Below are positions 38,001 to 50,423 of a DNA stretch of 64,000 nucleotides, piece after piece. The notes under the pieces were generated by a model. The model was not told where the DNA came from and ran no database searches. It saw only the letters and a program-made list of their open reading frames with translations. The stretch covers positions 3,542,559 through 3,606,558 of the forward strand of contig NW_003314268.1 in assembly GCF_000143415.4 (NCBI RefSeq), in the 5' to 3' direction. A program made the translations under genes and the position numbers. This DNA is from Selaginella moellendorffii (taxonomy: Eukaryota; Plantae; Lycopodiophyta). Positions within the stretch are counted from its first letter, which is position 1, and every line of letters starts with the position of its first letter.

Positions 38001-39099
38001 TTTTAGAGCTAACTAGATTTCTCCAACACTATCGATGTTTATTCTCTATCAATAATATAAATTTATTATACTTTATATAATTAATAAAAAAGCAGTTTTC
38101 ATTTCACTTTTCATTTTATGTACTTTGAGTGTTCTTTTTGCAATACTGCCCATAAAACTCATGTGTTTACATTTCTGTCTTTACCATCTCAAAAAAGATT
38201 TTATGATAGTCTTTCGGGTGTGTGATGTTACAGTGTGTCGCAAGAGCATATATACCATTATACTAATCATCACCATTATTTCCACCAGATACTAAAAAAC
38301 ATAAAGGGCATTTTTTGAAAGTTACGAAATTGCAATTTTCTAAAACAAGTAGAAGAGCATTCTTTTTCACCCAATTTATAACACCCTTTGTCATTGCATT
38401 TATCTCCAACTTATGATCACTATCCTCACTATCCTCTCTTTCATTCTTTTGTATGGTTTGGTTATGCTGTGCAATGGGATAATTATTGCATCTCGTAGCC
38501 TTTGAATCCTGAAAAGAAAGATTGTGAGAGTTAAAATTACCAACACTAGAATCTACAAATATTTGTGTGTATTTTCCTTTTTTTAAATGAGAGCGTGAAT
38601 GAAGATCCATAAATTCTAAACAGTATATTATGACAAACCCCTCAAAAATGTATTCTAAAAAGGAACCAAGTCTTTCTTTTATATGCAATAAGTTTATATC
38701 AACAGTTATTTTTTTTTCCTTTCAAACAGTTATATGGCTTTATATAGAATCTTATTTCAAATTTAATAATTTTTTAATTATAACAAACTTGACATTTACA
38801 AGCCAAAAGCATAGAGCAAAGATTTAAGGAAGTGACAAGAATACTCTTTTTGTAAACATCTTATTTTATGTTCTAACAAACATCCCTATTATGGCATGTA
38901 GTAAATATTTAAATTGTTAGAACAAGAAGTGTCCTTTAGAACATTTTTATCTATATAATATATAGAGAGTTATTAAATTATTAAGTATGCCATAACCTTA
39001 ATATTTTAAAGTTTTAATGTTTGTATTAAACTATATTTGAAACTTGAGCTCAACTTATCAGCTTAACTCTTCTACTCATGAACTTAAGTATAGTCCATG

Positions 39100-40286
39100 C
39101 TCAAAAAAGATTATTATATGGAGGTGAAGGTGGAATGTTGGTAAAATTTAAGGATGGAGGTGGAGATTGATATGAAATATTAAGGGCCAAGTATAAGTAG
39201 CAATAATTTTTCTTTCAGCCATTCCTATATAAACCTTTCAACTTTGGAAGGAGTTTAAGAAAGAAATTACAACGACTATAACTTTACTTGGTAGTTTATA
39301 TATTAAGTTTTGTCTTGGGAATGAGATTTATTATAACACTAACAATACTCAAATTCTTGAAATGTCAATCTTGAAAATAGGGCTTCATAATCATAGCTTA
39401 CTTGTAAACATAAGAGCTTCTAGAAATCTAGATTATCATGTATACACATTCTCTATTATTCTGATAATAATATACTCCACTGGGTATATATTATTTTTTA
39501 CACATATACCAACTTTCTAGGAAATAGACTATAGGGAAAAATATACCATATTACAGTGGCAAGGCATATTGGCACTCTGGCATTCTTTTATGTGAGAATA
39601 CTTTTCAATATTGGAAATGTAAATAGATTTGATTTATTGATGTGATTACTTTTGAGTCTTTCGAAAGATTTTGATTTCTATTATTATTATTCATTAAAAA
39701 CTTCTAAAAACTCCTAGTTCGGATTCACTGTGAAAATATACCTTGTTTTTCTCATATGGGAGGATTGGGATATAATCAAGCAACTAGCATTTTTTATATA
39801 AAGTATTATATAAATTAAAAATACAGTGAAAGTTTTATGGAGTAGATTTATTGTTGCTCTCCTCCATGTTGTTCATTTCTTCATTTATCTTACTTTGGAC
39901 TATTGTTTTGGAAGTAACAAGAGCATTTTTATTAATAGTAACAATAATCTCCACATTCTTGGATTGGTAACAAGGACCAATAGTGTAATATAGAAATTGT
40001 GGTTATGAAATAAAGTTACCATTTTTATATTCCTTTGCACTACAACTTTTACTTACAAATTTTGTGTTTTCCTTGCTTAAACAGATATGATATGTTTTTA
40101 TTTTTAAATGACTCATTATAATAGAAACTTTTGACTTAGGTACTTACATGTTTCAATATTTTAAAGTTTGTTAGAACTTCTTCAATTAAATTTCCTTTAT
40201 AAAACTTCTAATTGACTGTATTAACTTGCATTGACTTGTGTTAAGTTGAGCTCAACTCATGACCTCAACTCAACTTTGGACCATCT
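39100..40286 (-). repeat. Inverted copy of 19868-21200
   Basis: Reverse-complement matches at both ends and internally, e.g. ggcttcataatcatagctt and gtcttgggaatgag. Confidence 0.85.
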
Positions 40287-40359
40287 TTGTCCATGCTTTG
40301 GGGTGAGTTTATCACTCCTGATGGCTCACTTATGCTATTTTAGCTTATAGGATTGCTAC

Positions 40360-40512
40360 AAGAAAAAAGAAATGGTGTTTCTAGTTTTTTGTCCAGGCAA
40401 GAGCAACTATAAAAAGTTTTTGGCAATGGATGGCAAGCCATTCTTGAGCATGGATGAAGCATCTAGATGGTATAGGGTTATGGTGGATGGTATAGGTAGG
40501 GATTTTTTACAT
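40360..40512 (+). pseudogene. Second captured fragment of the 52163-54052 gene
   Basis: MVFLVFCPGKSNYKKFLAMDGKPFLSMDEASRWYRVMVDGIGRDFL versus parent TVFLVFDPGKGSCEELPAMDGEPFLAGFSMDQASRRYRVVVDGIGRDFL. Confidence 0.9.
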
Positions 40513-40712
40513 GCTTTCTTTGTTTTAGTGTCCATTTCCCTATATACATTAGTGTGATTTTATTTTATAATCTTAATATGTTATATTTTAATATATACCT
40601 TAAGTAAAAGTATAGATCCATTTTACTCTAGAGAATTGATATTTTGTAATTTTTTTAATTACATAATGTATAAGGTGTTATATTAATTGCAAAGGCATCC
40701 ATAATTCTTTAA

Positions 40713-41570
40713 TGTCGCAAATGTGATTATAGGTATCAAAAGTTACCTACCAGCAAGTCCTTTTGGATGTTTTACTACCATGACAGTAGGAGATTAGTAT
40801 TATTGAACCCTTTATTAGACTTTGCTCAAGCTACTTGTGCACTTGGCTAAAGGAGTATAAGGATGAAATTCTTAAGTGCTATTAGTCAAACATATTTGAC
40901 TTAGTTAGAGAAACTCATTTGCTAGTTTGCATTTGCTAGCATTAGGAACAATTATAATATTGAGCTTAGTCTTTTAATATTCACTAAATAATAATTTACC
41001 ATGTCCAATAAAACACTCTCGTTATTGTTCTCATATGTTGATCCCATTTAGTCTCAATGGCTATTTATGAAAAGTGTCTAGATTTGTTAATGAGGCATAT
41101 CTATGAGAAGTAAAGATTGTCTTTAATATGATGGTGTTATTCTCACATTTAAATTTGTAATTTAGCGCCATTGCATATTTAGTAAGTTATAGGTCGAGTA
41201 TAGCTGACCAATTGAAGGCATTATTTAAATATATATATCCTTATTTTATATTTAGCTTAATCTAAGTTCAAACTCTATACTATGTTAGCTGGTGGAATAA
41301 TTATATCCTTGTGTTAAAACATTAGTATGCTAAAATAATGTTATCCTCTATTTAGCTCTATTTTGTGTGTTGGTTATGGCATTAGGATGTTGAATGCTCT
41401 AAGACTATTCTAATGTTACTTTGTGCTCATGTTAGGTTGTATACTCAAGAGTCATTATATGCTTCAATTCCTTTGCTCCTTGGTTGTATATTTAGGAATT
41501 TGGCTCTGTCTCTTTGTTTAGTGGTTAAAGGCTTTGAAACTTGGGTTTTGCTTTGCTGCCTTTGGTCCTA
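40713..41570 (+). mobile_element. Old, heavily C->T mutated family-A LTR
   Basis: Starts tgtcgcaaatgtgattataggtatcaaaagttacc and shares gctatttat.gaaagtgtc.agatttg and gctggtgga with 29944-31080. Confidence 0.8.
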
Positions 41571-41859
41571 TCTAAGGGTTTACATTCCACTCTATGATTA
41601 TCTTATGTTATTCCAAAACTTTTAACCAATTGGAAAAAGGTGTATTTTTATTCATAAGTTTTTTTCTTTTATGTTTGAATTTTTATAAATCATTTCTTGA
41701 GTCATTCTCTTTGGTTGCTTACAATTCACCATGTTTCCTTACAAATTCACTCCTTCATGAATGAAGCTAATAGAATTGCTAAATATCAATTTTAACATGT
41801 GGTGTAATTTCCCTATGCCAATTAATAGAGTCAAACTTAAGACCACTTTGATACGAAGT

Positions 41860-42795
41860 TGTAAATTTTCCATTCTACTTTAGCATACCTTTGGCTATTT
41901 TGAGGAGTCTCACTCACAACCTCTATGGGTCCTTATCCTGATTTGGGGTACTTGCTAACCCCCAAATGGGATCATAAACTCAAGCCAACTTCACACATGA
42001 TCTAAATATTTTATATGTTCAATTCCACTTCGGACACCCAAAGGTACTATAAACATTTCAACCTTTTACATTAAGGCCATGTCCATTCACACTTGCCTTA
42101 TTGGTAGTCCAAGTTAAAGTCAATTTTTTAACACTTCACCAAATCACCCTATTTGTGCATTTATATTCACTCTAGCCTTGGACTCTTTAGTGGTTATATC
42201 ATTATTGAGTATAGCCTTCTTTGGTGACATTAGCCTTTCCTAGCCCCATTGGTTTTATTAGAGTCCTCTTAGCCCCTAACCTACAGATACTCACCAAACC
42301 CTCTAGGTTTGGGAGATAATTCCTTTAGGCTTTTATCTTTAAACTCGGACTCAAACTTAAACTTAAATTCGGATTTGGTCTTGATTTTGGTCTCAATCTT
42401 GTACTCAGACTCCATCTTGGACCTGGTCTTGACCTCCATCTTGGACTTGGCCTTGGACTCCACCTTACACTTGATCTTGGCCTCCATTTCGGACTTGGTC
42501 TTGAATTTGGTCTTAGACTTGATCTTGGACTCAATCTCAAACTCAATCTTGACACTTCCATGTGTCACAACACTTGTTATGTATTAATTTTTCTTGTGTT
42601 TCTTTTGAGAGACTCATTTACTAATTGTTTCATACTAATTTCTTGAGCACTACTTTAGAAGTTCCACTCTTACTCTTGACTTTTTAAGTCGAAACTTTGG
42701 TCCAAATGTGTTATGCTTATTAGACTTCCGCTTTAGCCACTATCATATAGGACACTTTCAACTCCACTTTGGGGCTTAGGGATTTATGTCTTACA
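41860..42795 (+). mobile_element. Old family-B LTR with a decayed hexamer array
   Basis: Homologous to 21540-23056 (ttccattctactttag, gaggagtctca, ctccactttggggc.tagggattt). No TSD is recognisable. Confidence 0.85.
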
Positions 42796-43128
42796 TAATA
42801 CTAAAGGTACTGTAAATAAATTGTTTTTAATTATGAAACTTTCTTTTCAATGCTACTGACATGATCTCATGCAATAATCATTGTAGGAATGCAAGCTAGA
42901 ATCCACATGATATTTTTCATTGCTATGAAGCTTCTTTGTGGAAAAAATAGTACATTGTTAGAGCTACATAAATAGAGAAATAATGCCTTTGTTATGAGAA
43001 TAATCACTATGAAATTTAAGTGTTAGACACATGTTTCTAACTAAAAACCTCTATAGTGCAATAACATTGCATACAAGCCACTATACATAATAGTCATATG
43101 CCTAGAAAATGAAAAACTCTATTTACCC

Positions 43129-43131
<3 letters not shown>

Positions 43132-43198
<67 letters not shown>
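43132..43198. repeat. Compound (TG)n(AG)n microsatellite
   Basis: Directly visible. Confidence 0.97.
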
Positions 43199-43202
<4 letters not shown>

Positions 43203-43404
43203 AGCCCTAAACATTTGGAACTTCACAAAAATATAATTGACCCTTTCTGGCATGGGTTTTAATCCAAGTTGAAGCTTTCAAATATTAACCATCAGATTAA
43301 AAGTATATTTTCATAAATAATATTCTAAAAAAGGACTATGTGATGCATAGATGCTATATATGAATAATAAATTTAGTAAATGGAGTATAATACATGACAA
43401 TAAT

Positions 43405-44255
43405 TACACATTCAAGAAACTAAGAAGGATGTCTAAGTTAAATATTCTGAAGTCCCAATGTAATGCTTGTTTTTCCAGACTAAAGCCTTGTGTTCCCTAG
43501 TGGTGGAGCTGGTAGAGTGTGCTTCCTAACACAGTAGACTATCTATATAGAAACCTTACATGATCACAGCTATATTAGATGTTGCTTATCAAAATGCAAA
43601 CACATTGCAATTTCTTGGAATGTGATATTCTAGCACAATCAAAACAAAGGCATTCAGGTTAGTGACTTCAACTAAGAATTTATATTAGAATCTACTAAAA
43701 GACATCTTGCCTTCTTAATGCTAATATAACAAAATGCTCTTGGTTTTACCAGGTTTAGAAGAAAGTTGATTGATCTAGTAATGAATAATATCCATGCTAA
43801 CCAGTGTAAAATGTACATTAGAATGCCATGACCTTTGTATAATTTTGATGTTTATTCCTAAGGATTTTAAATTTTCATTTTGGATATTACTACATGGTTA
43901 GCTTCTAACTTGAATATTAGACTTGGCACCTATATATAAAATATATGGTAGATATTCCAATGAGGTTCTCCTATTCACCAACCTGGTGTAATTTATTTCT
44001 CTTTAACTATGAATATCATGCAGCTCAAAGTTAACATATTGTGATATTGACTACCAGTAGATATATAGGTAATCTTAGTGTTGTTAATGGACCACAAGCA
44101 CATAAATTTATTCTTGATGATACCTCCAACACCACGCTCAAGTAGTTTTTTTGCTAGAATTCTTGGAAATCAAAGAAGTTTTAGGCCCTATAGAAAAATA
44201 GAACTTCCTACAAGTTATGATTGACTTTTATAGAACCAACAACATTATAAAAATT
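43405..44255 (+). repeat. Dispersed repeat, second copy of 1770-2460
   Basis: See the first copy. Confidence 0.85.
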
Positions 44256-44459
44256 TCTCTCTTGATGTTTATTTGTTGTAGAATGCTTCATTAAACATAT
44301 GTAAACCAACTCCTATATATGCAAAACAATAGTGTCTAGCACAATTTTTACATATGAATAGCTTAACGTAAACATGGGTACCTCATGACGCTCTCACATT
44401 CCAACTCTCAATATGCAAGGGTTTTTGTCACTAGTTAGTGCATGACACAATGAAATAAA

Positions 44460-44658
44460 AACTCTTTATCAAGCTAAATATGTTTGGTTAATAATATATA
44501 AAAATTCAGTTTGGTCTAAATACACTTAAAATGTCCAAGTAACACAAGAGGGGCCAATAAAGGGAACCCACAATAATAATCTCCTACTGTTATGGCAATA
44601 AAGAGAGAGTTTCATAAGGATTAGTCAATAAGTATCGAAATCATATTTATGATAACAT
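44460..44658 (-). mobile_element. Short degenerate fragment of the family-A LTR 5' end
   Basis: The reverse complement gives ...tccttatgaaactctctctttattgccataacagtaggagatt...ccctttattggcccctcttg, matching 29989-30065. Confidence 0.6.
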
Positions 44659-44907
44659 TGCAAAAAAAAAAACCTAATTTTTATTGGATTGTTATATAAA
44701 AAATAATTAATGTTAAAAAGATGTAAAAATTTCACACGATCCTTGAGACACTTCGTCCCCAACATAAAACGGCATATTCTGCTACCAGGTGGCATATTTC
44801 GATAGATATTTTTCCGGGCCCTAAAAATCTCTCTCTTTGTGCGCGATGGCCTGACTAGTGAATCGCCAGCGGTCTTGCTTCAATCGCCCCGCGTGCTCCT
44901 CGGCGGC

Positions 44908-46210
44908 ATGGCGGCGGGGAATCGGCTGCGCAAGGGCGAGCGCGTGGAGGTACGCAGCGACGAGGCGGGGTTTCTGGGCAGCTGGTACGAGGCGACGCTT
45001 CTCAAGAAGAGCAACAAGAGCTGCTGGGTGCGCTACCGCACGCTCATCGGGGAGAGCTCCGACGCGCCGCTCGAGGAATGCGTGCCGCTGGCGCAAGTGA
45101 GGCCCATTCCCCCGGCGGCCCCGGCGGCCAAGTTCGACGAGGGGGACGCGATCGAGGCCTACGACCGCGATGGCTGGTGGGTCGGCACCGTCACCCGGGT
45201 CGTGGAGCCCGACAACAAGTACGTGGTCTACTTCCGCGAGAGCGTCGAGGAGATGGAGTACCCGGCGGCGCTGCTGCGATTGCGGCAGGACTGGCACAAC
45301 GGGATCTGGATTCGCGTCTATGAGGTACCGGTGCTCAACCGAGATCTTTCTTTGCTGAGAGTTTTCTTTGCTCTTCCTCGTCCAAAGTATTGAGTTCTAA
45401 GGTTTTGGTTCTTGTTTTTCCTCCTGCATTGGTTACTTCGTCTTTGCGCTGGATCGCTGACGCTATGCTCGCTTGCTTGTCCACCCGCAGAAGAGGAATC
45501 CGTGCTTGGAGGCTTATCGCCGGAAGAACACCCAGCCAAAGTACCAAGTTCGGGGCTACTCGGAGAGAAGGGTGCCAGTTTCCAACAGAGAAGACAGGCA
45601 GCAGCAGCAGCGGCAGCAGCAGCGCAGGGGAGACGACGAAGATGACGAGGAGGACGAGGAGGCGGAGCACAACGTCAACCAGCAAGAAGAGCTCAACGAC
45701 GGGGTGCCTCTAAAGTCACCCAGCGATCATTCGCAAGACAATGCGAACTTGACACCCCCGGGCTCACCACAGGCGGGAACGAACAGTAAAGACAGGTTGA
45801 ACGTCTCGGACCTCGACAGTCCGGCCGTGAACGGGAGGAAAAGGAAGGATCTTGAAAGCTCGGACCTTGACGATCGGGGGGAGAGGAGGAATGGGACTCG
45901 CGAGCCGGAGCAACAGGAGGAGGAGCAGCTATCGAAAGGAAGGGAAGAAAACCGGCAAGAGGAGAAGCAGCAGGGAGGGAAAGGAGGACCCGGGGAGGAA
46001 TACTGCATGATCAAGTACATCCAGAGAAAGGCTTACTCGTGCGTGCTGAGAGCGCTTCGTTCGAGGAGCACCGGCTTGACTTGGGGCCAGGAGAAGCTAA
46101 TAAGCGATTTGAGAGACCACCTCGAGATCGACAACGATGTGCACATCAAGCAGCTGGAATTGCTGGACGCTTGGCAACTGGAATGTCACTGCCAGGACTG
46201 TCGCTCTTGA
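44908..46210 (+). CDS. Agenet (plant Tudor) + ENT domain protein; exons 44908-45324 and 45491-46210, about 378 aa
   Basis: Agenet motifs RVEVRSDEAGFLGSWYEA and DAIEAYDRDGWWVG...LRLRQDWHNG. ENT motif AYSCVLRAL...LTWGQEKLISDLRDHLEIDNDVH. The GT-AG intron joins the exons in frame. Confidence 0.9.
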
Positions 46211-46348
46211 CAATCGGGGCTGAATCAAGCGAGAGAATATCATTTTTGTACAGACAGAGGGCCCCTGCATACACGAGATCAAGTCAGCAAGAACGTCGTC
46301 TTAAGTTGAAAAGAAAAAGTTGGATTTAAACCATACCTGAGAGTAAAC

Positions 46349-49300
46349 TCACGGAAACTGGAAGCCACCACCAATGCCTTGAGCTTGAGACGGAGGGCTG
46401 ATCGACACCCAGAGCAGTGAGATGACAATGGCGAGAAGTCCCGACCAGATGAAAACGATGGTCGGAGTCCTCCCTCGTCGCCCCATGAGTCCCTTCGCAA
46501 ACGGATAGAGGTGGAACAGCACCCAGGCGCTGAAGAACACTCCGCCGAGTAGCCTGCTCCACTGGGGAATCTCGCTGTAAATCGTCCTCGAAACTCCGAC
46601 CCCGATCGCTATCAAGTTGGTCATCATGATGGTGATCGGAGGAATCATCAGAGCAGACCACTTGACGATGTAGAGGTCGGCGTAAGCGTCATCTTCGCCT
46701 TCTCCACCTGCTTTGGACGTCAGAGTAAAAGATATGTCCACACCAGCGATGACTTTGAGTAGCCCCTGGAGCACGGCTGCCAGATGCGCACTGGTTCCTC
46801 CAATGACCCAGAACTGTTCGTTCCGCCACCATTCGTCCAGTGTGATGCCCGACCACTTGATCTCCAGCACAGCCAAAAGGCACAGCGTCACCGTGATGGT
46901 CAGGAGGTAGACCAGGAAGGTGACGTTGAGCGTCTGGACGATGAACTGGCCCGTGAAGAGCGACAGTGCCGGGAGGAAGCAGTAGACCAGAAGGAAGATC
47001 GACGTGAACGGATAAATCCCGACGTTCAAGTAGGCTATCCGCTGGAGAAACTTGAGCCTCGAGCTTGCAAACAGAGCGTTGTTGCGTGAAAAGAAAATCT
47101 CCACTGACCCGGTAGCCCATCGCAAGACTTGGTGCAGCCTGTCCGTCAAGTTTATAGGAGCACTTCCCCTGAAGGCGTCTCGTTTGGTCACGCAGTAGAC
47201 CGATCTCCAGCCTCTGTCATGCATTCGGAAGCCAGTTACCACGTCTTCTGTGACCGAGCCGTAAATCCATCCTACTCTGTGTCCCCACTCCGTTTTATCC
47301 TCGTACCAGCAAGAGATGGCATTGATAGCTTCAGCCACGGTTGCAGCATCCAGTGGTTCACGAGGCTCTGTCAAAGCTCCGGGAGGCCTTCCATACTTCA
47401 CACCTTGTGCGTCCAGTGGCCTACCTTGAAATTCCGCCACGGGTATCGACTCCAGAAAGCTGATAGAATTTCCAAACCGTTTTGGAACCAGCTGAGCTTC
47501 CGCATCTTCGTCGTCTCCACCGTTCAAAGATGCTATCTCGATATCCGACTTGGCCGACTTCTTCTTGCTGTCTCTATCACCGCAGCAACCACGACTCTTG
47601 TGTCGTGGAGGATCGAACGCGTACAGCGCTATCCTTCTGAAAACACAGCCAGTCCCCACGTAAACTGGTCCCTGTACACCATCCAGTGCCCGCATGTTGA
47701 CGTCGAAGAACACGGTGTTGTGGTTGGCGTAGCGATCGTTTGGATCGATGCCTTCAAAACGCTGCGGGAACTGGACGTAGCAAAGCCTGTCGCCTCCTCG
47801 GTCCATCATAAAGCACATTGCTTCCCTCAGCGCAAGAGAGTTGAAAATGTAGTGGTCGCAGTCAAGGTTCAGGATGAAGGCACCGTTGGACATGATAGCA
47901 CTCGTTCGCACAAGCGCGTTCATGGCGCCTGCCTTCTTGTTGTGGTCGTATCCCGGCCTCTTCTCCCTTGAAACATAAACAAGCATCGGAAGCCGGATGT
48001 CAAGCTCAGACGTGTCAATGAGGTTGTCTTCGTCAGAGCTTCCCATGAGAGGCTCGCTACTTGGTGGAGCGAGCATAACCTGCAACGAGAGAAAGGAAAG
48101 TTGTTAAGAAAGAGACAATGTAATAGAAAACAATGCGTACCTGAATGATCCCAGCATGATCTCCTCGGCTGTGGTCCTTGTTCGAAGACGTCCAAGTTCC
48201 CGGCCAGTGGGTGCCATCAGCCATCCAAGTAGCTTTCGGAACATTGAGCGGCTCACTTGGATCACCACCACTTTCTATCTGGTAACGTTTGGCTCGTATC
48301 TCCTCGTGAGCATTGTAGGCGTCGGATCTTCTTCGGATTGCATCAGGTAGTCCATTGATGCGGACCTTGAACTCGTCGTATTCTCGCTTGACTCTTCTCC
48401 TGTCCTTCACAAAATCCGACCTCAGTTTGTTCTTCGTCGGGTCACCCTTCAGAAGAAAGTAAGTCTCTGGATTCCTAGGCTCGATATCGTGTTTCCGGCA
48501 GAAAGGAACCCAGAACCTGGCAAAACTAGCTGCTTCGGCCAGACCTTCGAAAGAGATTAATGCACCACCGTCGTCGGAAAGATAGCAGCAAAGTTTCTCC
48601 ACCGGATACTCGGCAGCTAGAATCGACAAGATGGTGTTGGCCGTCACCAGAGTTGGCTCCTTGTCAGGATCAGCAGTAGATACGAACACATCGATGCCTG
48701 GAAGGTCCGATCTGCCCCTGGGATTTTCGGGACTCGGAGTTTCAAACCTGTCCTTGAGCGCGTTCAAGTCGGTGGCACGGTTGACGGGACAGAGCTTGGG
48801 CAGCTGGTCCAAAACCCAAGAGAAGGCGAACCAGATCTCACAGACCACCGACATTCCCCACAGCCACATCGCATCTCTGTTGGGATGTCGAACCCGCCAT
48901 TCCAAGAAAAGTCCCAGCACTGCCAACCGGACGATCACGAGAAGTCTGTAAAGAACCAAGACATGAGAATCTTAAAAAACCAAAAAGCAGGTGCGTACCT
49001 GTATGGACTAAGAATCGCAGCAGACACCCCTGTCTTCCTAGACATCGGCTTCCTCGCCTTCTCGTTGAATTTCGGAGGAGCTCCATCATCTCCACTCTCC
49101 ATGTAAGCCTCGTCCTTGGGCCAGAGAGCGTTCCCATACCCGTAAGTCCCTTTGGTCTCATACAACCATCGAGCGTGATCGAAGTCGGACGTCTGTGTTC
49201 TCATCAGCAGCGATGGCTTGCTGGACCTGAGCAGCGAGAGCCTCCTGTCAACTCTCCCTGGGGGTGGCGGCAGTGGCAAGACCTCCCCGTCTGGATCGAT

Positions 49301-49867
49301 CACCTTATACGCCTCCTTGCATCCGGGACACTTCCCTGTGCTCTCCAGCGCATCCACATAGCACTCCCGGCAGATCCTATACGCGCATTCGCAAGGGGTG
49401 ATGTCCTCGCCCCTCTCGTCCCTCATGGACTTCCCATCGCAGCCTTCCACCGAGCACACCCCGCTCCTAGCGCACGCCATTTGGGGATGGGATGCGTCGG
49501 CCTCGACCATCTTCTCCAAGACATGGCCCCTCGTCACGCTGTTGAATCCACCGCTGAAGATCGTGTTGGAAACAAACTGCTGCTCCACCTTGGCGGCGAG
49601 GATCTGGTCGGCGGGTGTGGCGGACATTGGCTGATTGTCCGGTGTTGGAGGAATGTGGACATGATAGCTGGGATTAAACTCGGAGCTCACCTCTCCTCCA
49701 AGATCTTGATCGTCCTTGGACAGCGTCATGTAGCGGCCGCTGGATGTGCGCCTTGTGCCGCTGCTGTTGGGAGAAGGAGTCGTCGCCGTCTTGAAGGATT
49801 TCGGGCTGATGAGCTTCCGGAAGGATTTTCCACCTGTGATCGACAGAGAAGACGACGGAGACGCCAT
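46349..49867 (-). CDS. CSLD: Cellulose synthase-like D protein; exons 49867-48999, 48945-48141, 48079-46349, about 1134 aa
   Basis: N-terminal RRTSSGRY and [13 protein letters not shown]-type zinc region, [28 protein letters not shown] and C-terminal transmembrane helices. Canonical short introns. Confidence 0.97.
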
Positions 49868-50423
49868 TTCTTGACCTGATTTCTTCCGCGATACGGCAAT
49901 GTGGCTCGGCGATGACCGATTCCTGGCGTGAATCTACAAAACCCTACCCCCCGGATCCGGATCCCTGCGATCGCAATGAAATACCCGGAGATCTGGAGCT
50001 GGAGGAGTATTACGCGGATAATCACCGACGAGCACGAGCATCGCCACGAGCAGCGCCTTCGCGAGGAATTCCTAGAGCTAAAATATAGGGAAGAACCACG
50101 ACGATGATATGATAGTGGGAACCAGCGACAAACAAATGTTATGCTCAAAAATGCCAAGCCAACGTCTCGATCGCTAGACCAGTCCCGGGTTCGATACCGG
50201 TCACTGGCGGTTTCTCTTTTTTTACTATTCTCTTTCGAAAGGGTCTAGCTAGGGTTTGTCCATTTTGCGTGGGAGTTTGGGCGAGCGAGCGGTGGGTGAG
50301 CGCGCGCTGCCGGATCTGTCGACAGTCGACCAGGTAATCTCTCAGATCTACGGCCGCCGCATTGTTCCTGGTTCGCATTTCTTGCGGAAATCCCTGAGAT
50401 TTCGTTCCGTCTTGCTTGCAGCG

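Noticed and set aside
38263-38688. 141-aa minus-strand ORF next to the MULE transposase
   Set aside because: No recognisable domain and an AT-rich context; insufficient support for a gene call.
47129-47971. 280-aa ORF antisense to CSLD, and similar shadow ORFs over other GC-rich genes
   Set aside because: Expected by-products of GC-rich codon usage on the opposite strand.
50150-50225. tRNA gene
   Set aside because: Only a T-arm-like hairpin; no D-arm, anticodon arm or acceptor stem can be built.
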